Counted from the stretch's first letter, positions 9,767 to 22,348 are shown. The stretch: DNA of 64,000 bases from Aquabacterium sp. (GCF_021768455.1 NZ_JAIZVX010000002.1:7765-71764); one strand, 5' to 3'. Notes: a model not told the origin generated them from the letters alone. Made by a program: numbers and translations.

Positions 9767-10627
9767 TCAGTAGCTCACCCGGCCGCGCAGATGGGGCTTG
9801 TCGCCCTTGGCGTTGCGGACCTCGAACAGGGCACCGGATTCGCTGCGGGCCGCCCAGAGCGAGGCGCGGGCCGGCAGGTAGAGCGGTGTCTTGAACTCGA
9901 CCAGCACCTCGGCCTGGCTGAGGGCCTCGCGGGGCAGCAACATGGCCAGCGCGCGGGCCTTGGTCCACATGCCATGGGCGATGGCCTTGCGGAAGCCCAG
10001 GAAGCGCGCCGTGAGCGCCGACAGGTGGATGGGGTTGATGTCACCCGAGACGCGGCCGTAGCTGCGGCCAATGCCGGCCCCGGCGTAGAAATCGGCCTGG
10101 TGCGACAGCGGGGTCGGGTCGACCAGGGCGCTGGCATAAGGCTCGCCCTTGGGCTGACGCACGCCCAGGCGCAGCAGGGTCCAGGTGCTTTCCCAGACCA
10201 CCTCCCCGGCACGCAGTGCGCGAGCGTGGAGAGTGAAGGCCTGGCCCTTTTCGTGGGCGTAGAGCTCGCCGGTGCGCATCTCGATGCGCAGCTCATCGCC
10301 CACCTGGATGGGCTGGCGCAGTGTCGCGCTGTTGGCCAGGTGCACCAGGCCCATGGCGGGCCACGGGAAGCGACGCGACCCGAACAGCATCATGGCCAGC
10401 GGGAAGGCCGACAGGTGCGGCACCAGCATGGGCACGCCGTGCACCTTGCAGAAGCCGCAGACCTTGGCGTAGGCCGCCACGTCTTTCTGGGTGATGAGGA
10501 CCTTGGGTCGGACATAGGTGACCTCGGGCAAGGCCTCGACCACACCCGGGCGCTTGCTGCTGGAGCGCAGCGCACCCAGGTTGAGCGCCAGGGCGCCGGG
10601 CAGCTTGTTGACTTCGATGATCTTCAT
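9767..10627 (-). CDS. MaoC-type double-hotdog (R)-hydroxyacyl dehydratase/hydratase (HtdX/PhaJ-like)
   Basis: Hydratase-2 motif YGRVSGDINPIH, plus AIAHGMW and GLVHLAN. Start placed at MKII (10627). Confidence 0.88.
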   Translation of the reverse strand: MKIIEVNKLPGALALNLGALRSSSKRPGVVEALPEVTYVRPKVLITQKDVAAYAKVCGFCKVHGVPMLVPHLSAFPLAMMLFGSRRFPWPAMGLVHLANSATLRQPIQVGDELRIEMRTGELYAHEKGQAFTLHARALRAGEVVWESTWTLLRLGVRQPKGEPYASALVDPTPLSHQADFYAGAGIGRSYGRVSGDINPIHLSALTARFLGFRKAIAHGMWTKARALAMLLPREALSQAEVLVEFKTPLYLPARASLWAARSESGALFEVRNAKGDKPHLRGRVSY

Positions 10628-10653
10628 GGACCGATCTCGTTCAAGGGCTGCGC

Positions 10654-12063
10654 TCAGGCGCCGATCAGGCTCTGCCCGCACACGCGGATCACATTGCCCG
10701 TGACACCACTGGACGCCGGGCTGGCAAACCAGGCGATGGCCTCGGCCACGTCGACCGGCTGGCCGCCCTGGCTCATGGAATTCATGCGGCGACCTGCTTC
10801 GCGGATGGCAAAGGGGATGGCGGCCGTCATGGCGGTTTCAATGAAGCCCGGGGCCACGGCGTTGATGGTGATGCCCTTTTCTGCGAACAGCGGGGCGCTG
10901 GCCTGGACCATGCCGATGACACCGGCCTTGGAAACGGCGTAGTTGGTCTGCCCCATGTTGCCGGCCACGCCCGAGATGGACGACACGCAGACGATGCGGC
11001 CGCCCGACTTGAGCGCGCCGGACGCCACCAGGGCCTCGTTGATGCGCTCCTGCGTGGACAGGTTGACGTTGACCACGAGCTGCCAGAGGTGCTCCTTCAT
11101 GTTGGCCACGGTCTTGTCGCGGGTGATGCCGGCGTTGTGCACGACCACGTCCCAACCGCCGTCGGCGCGGGCTGCGTCAACCAGCTTCTGAGGGGCGTCT
11201 GGCGCACCGATGTCCAGGGCCAGGGCGCTGCCACCCAGGCGCTTGGCGACGGCATCCAGCCCGGCCTGGGCCTGTGGCACGTCGAGGCAGATGACCTGGG
11301 CACCTTCACGGGCCATGACCTCGGCGATGGCCTCACCAATGCCACGCGAAGCCCCGGTGACCAGTACCTTCTTGCCCGCGAGGGACTGGGCCCAGTCGGC
11401 CGGTTCCTGCAGGCCGCCCACCAGCTTGCCCACGCGGATCACCTGGGCCGAAACATAAGCCGAGCGCGGCGAGATCAGGAAACGCAGCGTGGATTCCAGG
11501 TGGGCCTCGGCGCCCTCCTCCACATAGACCAGCTGGGCGTTGATGCCCTTCTTGAGTTCCTTGCCCAGCGAGCGGCTGAGGCCTTCCAGGGCGCGCTGGA
11601 TGGCAGCCTTTCGGGGTGAAGCGCACTGCTCAGGCGGGCGACCCAGGATGACCACGCGGCCGCAGGGCAGCACCGAGCGGGCGGCATCGTGGAAGAACCA
11701 GTAGAGCGCATCCGACTGGGTGCTGTCCTCCAGACCGGTGGCGTCGAAGACCAGGGCCTTGACCTTTTCCCCTGGCTGGCCGTTGTTGTTCCAGCGGCCG
11801 GTGGTGAGGCCCTCCTTGTTGGCCACGGCCACCCACTGGGGCAGCTTGTCGTGGGCCAGGGTCTGGGCGCCGATGCGCTTGAACACGCTGGCCAGGGCCG
11901 GCAACAACTGGGGTTCACCGCCTCCACCGATGAGCACAGAGCCCTTGATCACAGGCTGACCGGGCTTGTAGCGCTCCAGCTGCATGGGCTTGGGCAGGCC
12001 CAGTGCATTGACGAGCTTGGCGCCCATGGGCGAGTTGGCGAAATCAAGGTAACCGTCGGACAT
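10654..12063 (-). CDS. High-molecular-weight 3-oxoacyl reductase (FabG4-like SDR with N-terminal extra domain)
   Basis: About 470 aa. C-terminal SDR has TGASRGIG, HNAGITRD and YAVSK; N-terminal domain has LVFDATG and GRVVILGRPP; C-terminus RVCGQSLIGA. Confidence 0.9.
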   Translation of the reverse strand: MSDGYLDFANSPMGAKLVNALGLPKPMQLERYKPGQPVIKGSVLIGGGGEPQLLPALASVFKRIGAQTLAHDKLPQWVAVANKEGLTTGRWNNNGQPGEKVKALVFDATGLEDSTQSDALYWFFHDAARSVLPCGRVVILGRPPEQCASPRKAAIQRALEGLSRSLGKELKKGINAQLVYVEEGAEAHLESTLRFLISPRSAYVSAQVIRVGKLVGGLQEPADWAQSLAGKKVLVTGASRGIGEAIAEVMAREGAQVICLDVPQAQAGLDAVAKRLGGSALALDIGAPDAPQKLVDAARADGGWDVVVHNAGITRDKTVANMKEHLWQLVVNVNLSTQERINEALVASGALKSGGRIVCVSSISGVAGNMGQTNYAVSKAGVIGMVQASAPLFAEKGITINAVAPGFIETAMTAAIPFAIREAGRRMNSMSQGGQPVDVAEAIAWFASPASSGVTGNVIRVCGQSLIGA

Positions 12064-12205
12064 GTGACTCACTCTGTGTGATGGCCAGGGGACGTGGACA
12101 GTCGCCTCAGGCCGGTTGATGACGTGGTGGGCCTAACCGGCACACCGCTGGGGGTGGTGTCGCCCGAAGGCGGCACCGGGGGTCAGGAGATGGCGATGCC
12201 GGCCC

Positions 12206-12979
12206 TCATGCGCTGCTGACTTCGCTGAGCGCCAGCTTGGCCGTGCCGGCCGAGGTCGCCCCGACCGCAGCCACACCCGGCAGGTTGACGATGGCATCGA
12301 AGAGGTTGGTCTGATCGGGACCGGGAAGCGGCGCCTTGAGCGCGGCCACCATCAACGAGGCCAGGCGGGACAGGATGAGGGCTTCGTTGTCGCCGCTGTC
12401 CTGCGTGAACTCGCGGATCACGCGCTGGGTGTTGCCCGCGGCCAGGATGCTGGAGAGCGCGCCCATGGCAAAGTTCAGCCGGAAGCCCAGGTCGTGGCGG
12501 TGCAGATCGGGCAGCGTGCGCTGGAAGGCCGAGAAAAAACGCCCGAGGATCTGGATGTAGTGCGTGTTGATGAAGTCGCGTACCACCGGGGAGGGGTCGG
12601 TGTAGGAGCGGCCCAGGAAGTGCAGGTAGCGGTCGGCGAAAGGCACGTCGCTGCGGAAGATGCGCACCGCTGGCAGGAACAGGGCCACGAGCACGTGTTC
12701 GCAGGTGAGCTTGTCGCCCAGGGCCGCTTCGAAGGTGTCCAGCATGGCCAGTCGCTGTTCGTTCAGCGGGTCGAGCTGGCGGGCGAGCACGGCATGGATG
12801 AGCGCATCCTTGCTGCCGAAGTGGTAGTTGACCGCGGCGAGGTTGACGGCCGCTGCGCTGGTGATCTGTCGCATCGACATCGATTCGAAGCCGCCGGAGA
12901 CGAACAGCGTCTCGGCCGCATCGAGGATGCGAGTCTTGGTGTCAGCAGGTGAAAGCCGGTTAGGGGCTGGTGCAGCCAT
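12206..12979 (-). CDS. psrA: TetR-family regulator, PsrA-like (fatty-acid responsive)
   Basis: RILDAAETLF...MRQITSAAAVNLAAVNYHFGSKDALIHAV HTH resembles PsrA; PsrA-type operator just upstream; heads a fatty-acid cluster. Confidence 0.8.
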   Translation of the reverse strand: MAAPAPNRLSPADTKTRILDAAETLFVSGGFESMSMRQITSAAAVNLAAVNYHFGSKDALIHAVLARQLDPLNEQRLAMLDTFEAALGDKLTCEHVLVALFLPAVRIFRSDVPFADRYLHFLGRSYTDPSPVVRDFINTHYIQILGRFFSAFQRTLPDLHRHDLGFRLNFAMGALSSILAAGNTQRVIREFTQDSGDNEALILSRLASLMVAALKAPLPGPDQTNLFDAIVNLPGVAAVGATSAGTAKLALSEVSSA

Positions 12980-12997
12980 GTGTGTGTTCCCCACGTT

Positions 12998-13023
12998 ACG
13001 GACGTTTCAAACGTCCGTTTCAT
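12998..13023. promoter_or_regulatory. PsrA-type operator (likely autoregulatory)
   Basis: Perfect inverted repeat ACGGACGTTT-C-AAACGTCCGT (12998-13018), overlapping TTCAAACGTCCGTTTCAT (13006-13023), which matches the PsrA consensus (C/G)AAAC-N2-4-GTTT(C/G). Confidence 0.75.
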
Positions 13024-13262
13024 GAACGGTTGCAATGGTATGCGACGGCGCCACCAGCGCAGCGCGTCGCACGCGTCAAAAAAATGGGTTTCCCCCGTGA
13101 CCCGGGGGCCAGTTGTGCATTTTGACGTGCATTCGCCCTGGGGCTTCCCCCTAGGAGCCACCCTGGCAGGGAAGCGAGGAGAGTCCCTGACGTGGCCCTC
13201 CGGCCCTGCAGGCTACAGTTTTGAGGTCCCCTCCTGCCTCCGGCTCAAGCCGCTCTGTCGCC

Positions 13263-14399
13263 ATGTCCACCATCCTCTATCTCACCCAGATCCAGTTTGC
13301 GTTCGGGGCCATCGGCCGGTTGGCGGCCGAGTGCGAGCGGGTCGGCATCCGCAGGCCGCTGATCGTGACCGATGCGGGCGTGCGCGCGGCCGGCGTGCTG
13401 CAGAAAGCCCTGGATGCCCTGTCCGGCTGGCCCGTGACCGTGTTCGACCAGACGCCGCCCAACCCGACCGAGGCCTCGGTGCGTGCGGCCCATGCGATCT
13501 GGCAGGCCGGCGAATGCGACGGTCTCATCGCGGTGGGCGGGGGCTCCAGCATCGACCTGGCCAAGGGCCTGGCCATCATGGCCACCCACCCCGGGCCACT
13601 GACGACCTACGCCACCATCGAGGGCGGATCACCTAGGATCACCGCAGCGGTCGCGCCCCTGATCGCGGTGCCGACCACCTCAGGCACGGGCAGCGAGGTG
13701 GCGCGTGGGGCCATCGTCATCGTCGACGATGGGCGCAAGCTGGGCTTCCACTCCTGGCACCTGATGCCCAAGGCCGCCATCTGCGATCCCGAGTTGACGC
13801 TGGGCCTGCCTGCGGCGCTCACGGCCGCCACGGGCATGGACGCCATCGCGCATTGCATGGAAACCTTCATGGCGCCGGCTTTCAACCCACCGGCCGATGG
13901 CATCGCGCTCGATGGCCTGGCGCGCGCCTGGGCCCACATCGAACGCGCCACCCAGGATGGCAGCGACCGGGAAGCCCGCCTCAACATGATGAGCGCCTCG
14001 ATGCAGGGGGCCATGGCCTTTCAGAAAGGCCTGGGCGTGGTGCACAGCCTCAGCCACAGCCTGGGCGGCGTGAACCCGCGCCTGCACCATGGCACGCTCA
14101 ATGCGATGTTCCTGCCCGCGGTGGTGCGCTTCAACGCCGAAGCCGAGTCCATTCAAAAAGAACGCCGCCTGGAGCGCATGGCCCATGCCATGGGCCTGGC
14201 TACGGCCGAAGAGATCCCGGGGGCGATCCAGTCCCTGAACCGGCGCCTGGGCCTGCCTTCGGGCCTGGCCGAGATGGGTGTGCAGCGCGACTGGTTCGAT
14301 CGCATCGTGAGTGGCGCGCTGATGGACCATTGCCACAAGACCGGTCCGCGCCTGGCCTCCGCGCAGGACTACCTCGACCTGCTCGACGCCTCAATGTGA
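13263..14399 (+). CDS. gbd: Iron-containing alcohol dehydrogenase, 4-hydroxybutyrate dehydrogenase (Gbd)-like
   Basis: GGGSSID, PTTSGTGSE, GMDAIAH, HSLSH and HHGT metal ligands; closely resembles Cupriavidus Gbd as I recall it (ECERVGIRRPL, YATIEGGS, KLGFHSWHL). Confidence 0.75.
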   Translation: MSTILYLTQIQFAFGAIGRLAAECERVGIRRPLIVTDAGVRAAGVLQKALDALSGWPVTVFDQTPPNPTEASVRAAHAIWQAGECDGLIAVGGGSSIDLAKGLAIMATHPGPLTTYATIEGGSPRITAAVAPLIAVPTTSGTGSEVARGAIVIVDDGRKLGFHSWHLMPKAAICDPELTLGLPAALTAATGMDAIAHCMETFMAPAFNPPADGIALDGLARAWAHIERATQDGSDREARLNMMSASMQGAMAFQKGLGVVHSLSHSLGGVNPRLHHGTLNAMFLPAVVRFNAEAESIQKERRLERMAHAMGLATAEEIPGAIQSLNRRLGLPSGLAEMGVQRDWFDRIVSGALMDHCHKTGPRLASAQDYLDLLDASM

Positions 14400-15725
14400 G
14401 CGCGCTGCCGCCGCCAGGGCTTCAACCTCGGCTTCGCTGAGGCGGGTCACCATCACCTGGTCGATCTTGTAGCTGTCGACGTCCATCACCTCGAAGCGGA
14501 AGCCGCCCCAGACCACGGTGTCGGTGCGCTTGGGAATGCGGCGCAGCATGACCATGAGGAAGCCGGCCAGGGTCTCGTACTCGCCTTGATGTGGAAGGCT
14601 GTCGAGGTCGATGGCCCGCAGCACGTCGGGGATGGCGGTGATGCCATCGATCAGCCAGGAATTGGCGTCGCGCTGCACGATCTGTTCTTCGTCAAGTGGG
14701 GCGACCAGGCTGCCCATGACGGTGCTCATCACGTCGTTGATGGTGATGATGCCCACGACCAGGCTGTATTCATTGACGATCACGGCGAAGTCTTCGTGCG
14801 CCTGCCGGAACTGCAACAGCACCTCCGACAGGGTGAGCCGGTCGGGCACGCTGAGCACCTTGCTGATCAGGCCCTCGGCGCGCAGCGAGATGGGCTGGGC
14901 ATTGAGCGCGCGGCTGAGCAGGTATTTGGAATCCACATAGCCCAGCACGTGGTCGATGTCGCCATCGCAGACCAGGTAGGTGGAGTGCGGGTACTGCTCG
15001 ATGCGGGCACGGATCAGGGCCTCGCTGTCGTCCACCAGGAAGTGGATGATGCTGTCGCGGGCCGTCATGGCGCTGGTGACGAGGCGCGTGTCGAGTTCGA
15101 TCACGTTCTCGATCACGCGGTGCTCGGCGCCTGCCAGCACACCGGCTTCGGCACCCGCCTCGGCCATGGCCAGGATGTCGTGATGGGTGATGGCGTCGTC
15201 GCGCTGGTCAGGCAGGCCCAGCACCTTGAAAAGCGTGTCGGTCAGGCGCTTGAAGAACCAGACGATGGGCCGAAACAGCAGCAGGAAACCGTGCATGGGG
15301 CCCACCACGCGCACGGCCACGTGCTCGGGCGAGTTCATGCCCAGGCGCTTGGGGAAGAGGTCGGCCAGCAGGATGAAGAGGCTGGTCACCAGCACGAAGG
15401 AGCCGGCGACGCTGAAGGTCTCGACGTGCTCGGTGGTGAACGGCAGCTGGGTCAGCACCGAGCGGATCACGGGCGAGAAAGCCCCCTCGCCCACGATGCC
15501 GCCCAGAATGGCCACCGAGTTCTGGCCAATCTGGATGACGGTGAAGTAGTCGCCGGGCTCGTCCTGCACGGCCATCACACGCTCGGCGCGGACGTCGCCC
15601 TGGTCGGCCATCTGGCGCAGGCGCATGCGGCGCGAGGCCGCCACGGCCAGCTCGGAGATCGAGAAAAAGGCGCTGGCCGCGATCAGGGCCGCGATGAGCA
15701 TCAGGCTGCCTGCAGTGGAATCCAT
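14391..15725 (-). CDS. CNNM/CBS/CorC 'hemolysin-family' membrane protein (PaeA/YtfL-like)
   Basis: SAFFSISELA, TVIQIG, DLFPKR, CBS pair (VNEYSLVVGIITINDV) and CorC tail (YETLAGF...FEVMDVDSYKIDQV). Confidence 0.9.
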   Translation of the reverse strand: MDSTAGSLMLIAALIAASAFFSISELAVAASRRMRLRQMADQGDVRAERVMAVQDEPGDYFTVIQIGQNSVAILGGIVGEGAFSPVIRSVLTQLPFTTEHVETFSVAGSFVLVTSLFILLADLFPKRLGMNSPEHVAVRVVGPMHGFLLLFRPIVWFFKRLTDTLFKVLGLPDQRDDAITHHDILAMAEAGAEAGVLAGAEHRVIENVIELDTRLVTSAMTARDSIIHFLVDDSEALIRARIEQYPHSTYLVCDGDIDHVLGYVDSKYLLSRALNAQPISLRAEGLISKVLSVPDRLTLSEVLLQFRQAHEDFAVIVNEYSLVVGIITINDVMSTVMGSLVAPLDEEQIVQRDANSWLIDGITAIPDVLRAIDLDSLPHQGEYETLAGFLMVMLRRIPKRTDTVVWGGFRFEVMDVDSYKIDQVMVTRLSEAEVEALAAAARSH

Positions 15726-15756
15726 GCGGTGAGTGTAGCGATTGCCGGGTGACAGG

Positions 15757-16827
15757 TCACAGCGCCTGCAATTCGCTTGCCGGGCACCCACGGGCCAGCC
15801 AGTCCTGCCATTCATTGGCCAGCTGGGCGCTGCGGGCCACGGCCTCGGTCCAGGCGGCCACGCGCTCGGTGTGGGCCAGGCTGAGGAAGTCGTGGCGATC
15901 GGGCAGCTTGCCGCCCGGCAGGGTCCTGACCCACTCGGGGTTGGGGGCCAGCAGCACCATGTTGTCGAGAGCCGGTGTGGCGCCATGGCGCCAGCGCAGG
16001 GTCTTGTCCAGCCAGCCGGGGATCACCTGGCGCTGAAAGTGCGGGTAGAGCACCAGGCCCTCGGGCATCGACGCATAGGGCCAGTGAAGGTGGTAGTCGA
16101 CCAGGCCACCGTCCCAGTGGTTGCCCCGCGGCGTGCCGGGGATGTCGCGCACCGGGTCAAGCACAAAGGGGATGCTGCAGGAGGCCTGCATGGCGGGCAT
16201 GAAGTTGGCCTCGTCCAGCGTTGTGTGGCGGGTGGGCAGATCGGTGAAGCGCAAGGGCAAGGGCTCGCCGGGGGATGAGAGCACGGTGCGTTCCAGGAAG
16301 GCGCCCACAGCTCGGCGCGAGAGCACATTGCCCAGCGCCAGGCCACCGAAGCCCAGGGCGGTGCGGCGGCGCCCGGCGCGACGCAGCACCTGCCGGCCCG
16401 CAGCGGTGAGCACGTGCAGGCGCCAGCGCGGATGGTGGAGGATGTGGCCCAGATCGGCTCCGAAAAAATCCAGCAGGGTTTGCGCAAAGGCGGCGCTGAC
16501 CTCGGTCGGGCTGGGCTTCTTCAGCCCAGGGCCCGTGCCGAACTGCTGGTGGATGTAGGCGTGGGCAAAGCGGCTGAGCGCCTGCCCCGGATCCGGCATG
16601 GCGGCGGTGGCCATGCGCCAGGCCCCGATCGACGCCCCCACCAGGTGCACCGTGTGACCACCCAAGGGCAGCCAGTGCGCAAACAGGTGCTGGTCGAGGT
16701 GGTGGAGGATCAGCCCTTTGGGGCCGCCTGCGGCGCCGGGCACCAGGTGGACATCGGCAGGGCGCAGGCCATGGGCGGTGATGTGGCGGCGAGCCCGTTC
16801 GCCCGCGTGGATGTGCAAGGCCTTCAT
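15757..16827 (-). CDS. Patatin-like phospholipase-family protein
   Basis: GAAGGPKGL oxyanion loop, GASIG nucleophile, ASCSIP and WDGG motifs. Confidence 0.85.
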   Translation of the reverse strand: MKALHIHAGERARRHITAHGLRPADVHLVPGAAGGPKGLILHHLDQHLFAHWLPLGGHTVHLVGASIGAWRMATAAMPDPGQALSRFAHAYIHQQFGTGPGLKKPSPTEVSAAFAQTLLDFFGADLGHILHHPRWRLHVLTAAGRQVLRRAGRRRTALGFGGLALGNVLSRRAVGAFLERTVLSSPGEPLPLRFTDLPTRHTTLDEANFMPAMQASCSIPFVLDPVRDIPGTPRGNHWDGGLVDYHLHWPYASMPEGLVLYPHFQRQVIPGWLDKTLRWRHGATPALDNMVLLAPNPEWVRTLPGGKLPDRHDFLSLAHTERVAAWTEAVARSAQLANEWQDWLARGCPASELQAL

Positions 16828-16906
16828 GGCCGGGAGCATAGCCCAGCCATGAAGGCCGCCAAGCCTCACACCTGGCCGGGTGTGGGCTGACGGCGGCGCG
16901 AGCGGC

Positions 16907-19255
<2,349 letters not shown>

Positions 19256-19455
19256 GGGATGGCCCTGCTTGTCTAGCATTCATAGAGGCCGCTTGCGGGG
19301 AACCGTTTCCCGGCAGGCGGAGCACCGAGGGGGCGCAGTTTGCCACAGGGTCCGGCGCTGGCCGTGGTGCCGGATGGGTACCGGTGGGCCCGGCATCGGC
19401 GACAATAGAGCCTTCGTCCGACTCACCGGTGCCCCTGCGCCCGTTACCGCCTGCC

Positions 19456-20490
19456 ATGGCCTTGATCTCTTATTTCCTGCCGAAGTCCGTCCTGTTCAAG
19501 CTGGACCCGGAGGCCGCGCACGACCTGACCATCGCCGCCCTGGCCCGCTTTCAGAACACGCCGCTGGCCTGCCTCTGGAGCGCCCAGCGCGTGCAGGACC
19601 CGGTGGAGCTGGCAGGCATCACCTTCCCCAACCGGGTGGGCATGGCTGCGGGCCTGGACAAGAACGGCCGCGTGATCGATGGCCTGGGGGCGATGGGTTT
19701 TGGCTTTGTGGAAGTGGGCACCGTCACGCCCAAGCCACAGCCGGGCAACCCCAAGCCGCGCATGTTCCGCCTGCCCGAGGCCAACGCCTTGATCAACCGC
19801 CTGGGCTTCAACAACGAAGGGCTTGACAGCTTCCTGGCCAATGTGAAGCGCGCGCGCTTTCGCCAGCAGGGTGGCATCCTGGGCCTGAACATCGGCAAGA
19901 ATGCCGTGACGCCCATCGAGAATGCGGTCGATGACTACCTGATTGGCCTGGAGGGTGTCTTCCCCCACGCCGACTACATCACGGTCAACATCTCCAGCCC
20001 GAACACCAAGAACCTGCGCGCCCTGCAAAGCGACGAGGCGCTGGACGCCCTGTTGGGTCAACTGCAGGAACGCCGCCAGCAGCTCATCAAGCAGCATGGT
20101 CGCAGCGTGCCCATGTTCGTGAAGATCGCGCCGGATCTGGACGAAACCCAGGTGGGGGTGATCGCTGCGACGCTGCAGAAAAACGGCATCGATGGCGTGA
20201 TCGCCACCAACACCACCATCTCGCGCGAGGCCGTGCAAGGCCTGGCCCATGCGGACGAGATGGGCGGCCTCAGTGGCGCGCCGGTGCTGGAAGCCAGCAA
20301 CCAGGTCATCCGCCAGCTGCGTGCGGCCCTGGGCCCGCGCTACCCCATCATCGGCGTGGGCGGGGTGATGAGCGCGGCCGATGCCCAGGCGAAACGCGAT
20401 GCCGGGGCCGACCTGGTCCAGATCTACACCGGCCTGATCTACGCAGGCCCGCAGCTGGTGCAGGACTGCGCCCGCGCACTCAAGGGCTGA
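19456..20490 (+). CDS. pyrD: Quinone-dependent dihydroorotate dehydrogenase (class 2)
   Basis: [47 protein letters not shown]. Confidence 0.97.
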   Translation: MALISYFLPKSVLFKLDPEAAHDLTIAALARFQNTPLACLWSAQRVQDPVELAGITFPNRVGMAAGLDKNGRVIDGLGAMGFGFVEVGTVTPKPQPGNPKPRMFRLPEANALINRLGFNNEGLDSFLANVKRARFRQQGGILGLNIGKNAVTPIENAVDDYLIGLEGVFPHADYITVNISSPNTKNLRALQSDEALDALLGQLQERRQQLIKQHGRSVPMFVKIAPDLDETQVGVIAATLQKNGIDGVIATNTTISREAVQGLAHADEMGGLSGAPVLEASNQVIRQLRAALGPRYPIIGVGGVMSAADAQAKRDAGADLVQIYTGLIYAGPQLVQDCARALKG

Positions 20491-22234
20491 CGGGCTCTTC
20501 CTTGCGGCCGTCCACCAGGCGGACGGCCACTTCCAGCGCCTGCTGGCATTCCTTCATGTCCACATCCAGCGCCCTGGCATAACGGGCCACGGCCTGTTGC
20601 GTGGCGTGCAGCACCTTGGCCGCGGGCATGACATGGGCGTCGGTCAATTCATTGGCCAGACTGGCCACGGTGCGCAGGGTCTCTTCCGGGCCGATGGGTT
20701 TGCGGACTGGCGCCGTGCGGTTGAAGGGCCTGGCGGCCTGGATCAGGCGCTCCTGCATGCCCCAGTGCTTGAGCACGGCGGCGGTGAGGTCGTCGAGGTT
20801 CACACCCAGCACGGCGCTGGCAGCGGCCTCCTGGCTCATGCCTGGCGAGGGCGCGCTGCTGTCGCCCGTGGGCGGCCCAGGCAGCATGAGGCGGCTGATC
20901 TGCGCGGCCTCATCGGGAAAATGGTAGAGGATGAGCAACCAGCCCAGGCGCTGAGAGGTGGCCGACATCAGACCCTCTTCGTCGCTCACGCTGAAGGGCA
21001 CCAGCAAGCGGGCGATGTGGCCGGCGATGCACGCCAGGCGCATCTCCTTGCCCAGGGCCAGCACGGCCTGCTGCCCAGCCTCCGCATTGGCCGTGACCCG
21101 GGCCTGCAGCGCGCCGGGCCAGGCCCGCACGGTGCCCGCCACGCGGCGCATGCCCTGTTGCCCCATGAGCACCATGGCCCGCGACAAGGTGGTCACCCCG
21201 TCGTCGGCCGAGCGGCTGCTGAAACCGGCGGCATTGGCGGCGCGCAGCATCTCCCATCCCAAGGTGGGATTGCGGGCGACTACGTCCACAAAGTCGTCGA
21301 CACGCAGGGTGTCCTGGTTGAGCGCAGCCTGAAGGGCTTGCGGCATGCCGGGCCGACCAGGCAGGCTGCCCACCGAATTGAGCCGGTCCAGCAGAAAGAG
21401 CAGCGGGCTGGAGGCTTCCTGCGCATTGGTCTTGATCCAGCCCTGCAGCGCGCTGAGCAGCGTGCGGGCATTGAGGTAGCGCTGGCGCTGCTGGCGGTCG
21501 GTGGCGCGGTTGACGATGGCGCGCAGCGTGTCGACCACGGGTGTGGGCGTGTTCCAAGGCAGGCGCACGATCTCGGGGCCGACGCGCGAGGCGGCGCTGG
21601 CGAGGTCGCTGTCGTCCAGTGCCGGGTGGCCGGCCAGCAAGCGGTGCATCAGCAGGCCGACCATGAGCACATCGCGCTCGCTGCCCTGGCGGGCCTGGGT
21701 GCGAGCCTGGGCGACGAGGTTGGGGTGTCCAGGCTGGGTCTGGGCCAGGCCCACACCGAGGCCGACCAGCATGGCCTGGCCGTTGCCGTCGAGCAGCACG
21801 TTGTGGAGGCCGATGTCGAGGTGGGCCATGCCGGCTTCATGGGCGTAAGCCAGGCCCTCCAGCAGCTGGGCCGTCCAGTTGGCGACCTCGAAGGCCGTCG
21901 GCGCAGGAGGCAGTTGGAGGCGCTCGGCCAGGCTGATGCCCCCCCCTTTCACGCAGGTGACGAAGGGCCAGCCCTCGTGGTTGCCTTGCTCCAGCACCTC
22001 GGCCAGGCGCGGGTGATTCAGGCGTGACGACTGTTGTGTGTCTTCGCCCCAGCGCAGGCGCTCGGCAGGCGAGGCCGGCTGCACCCGGGGCACGCACAGC
22101 ATCACGTCCTGCTTCAGCCGCGGGTCAAAGGCCAGCCAGGTGCTCGACGCCAGGCTGCGCCCCAGCATCTGGCGCAACTCGAAGCGTCCGAACATCCGGG
22201 GTGCGGCAGGGGTGGGGGGCGAGGCTAAGGCCAT
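20480..22234 (-). CDS. Protein-kinase-like (probably inactive) domain fused to an HDOD domain
   Basis: Kinase-fold scaffold ([33 protein letters not shown]) followed by an HDOD-like helical region ([22 protein letters not shown]). Confidence 0.8.
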   Translation of the reverse strand: MALASPPTPAAPRMFGRFELRQMLGRSLASSTWLAFDPRLKQDVMLCVPRVQPASPAERLRWGEDTQQSSRLNHPRLAEVLEQGNHEGWPFVTCVKGGGISLAERLQLPPAPTAFEVANWTAQLLEGLAYAHEAGMAHLDIGLHNVLLDGNGQAMLVGLGVGLAQTQPGHPNLVAQARTQARQGSERDVLMVGLLMHRLLAGHPALDDSDLASAASRVGPEIVRLPWNTPTPVVDTLRAIVNRATDRQQRQRYLNARTLLSALQGWIKTNAQEASSPLLFLLDRLNSVGSLPGRPGMPQALQAALNQDTLRVDDFVDVVARNPTLGWEMLRAANAAGFSSRSADDGVTTLSRAMVLMGQQGMRRVAGTVRAWPGALQARVTANAEAGQQAVLALGKEMRLACIAGHIARLLVPFSVSDEEGLMSATSQRLGWLLILYHFPDEAAQISRLMLPGPPTGDSSAPSPGMSQEAAASAVLGVNLDDLTAAVLKHWGMQERLIQAARPFNRTAPVRKPIGPEETLRTVASLANELTDAHVMPAAKVLHATQQAVARYARALDVDMKECQQALEVAVRLVDGRKEEPVSP

Positions 22235-22348
22235 GGCGGGAGTCAAGGCAGGTCGTCCTTCGTGGGTAATGCCTCACGATTTCACACCATCCTGCCCTTT
22301 CGCAATGCGCCGTCAAGGTCCGGAAACCCGGGTCATTTCCATGCTGTC

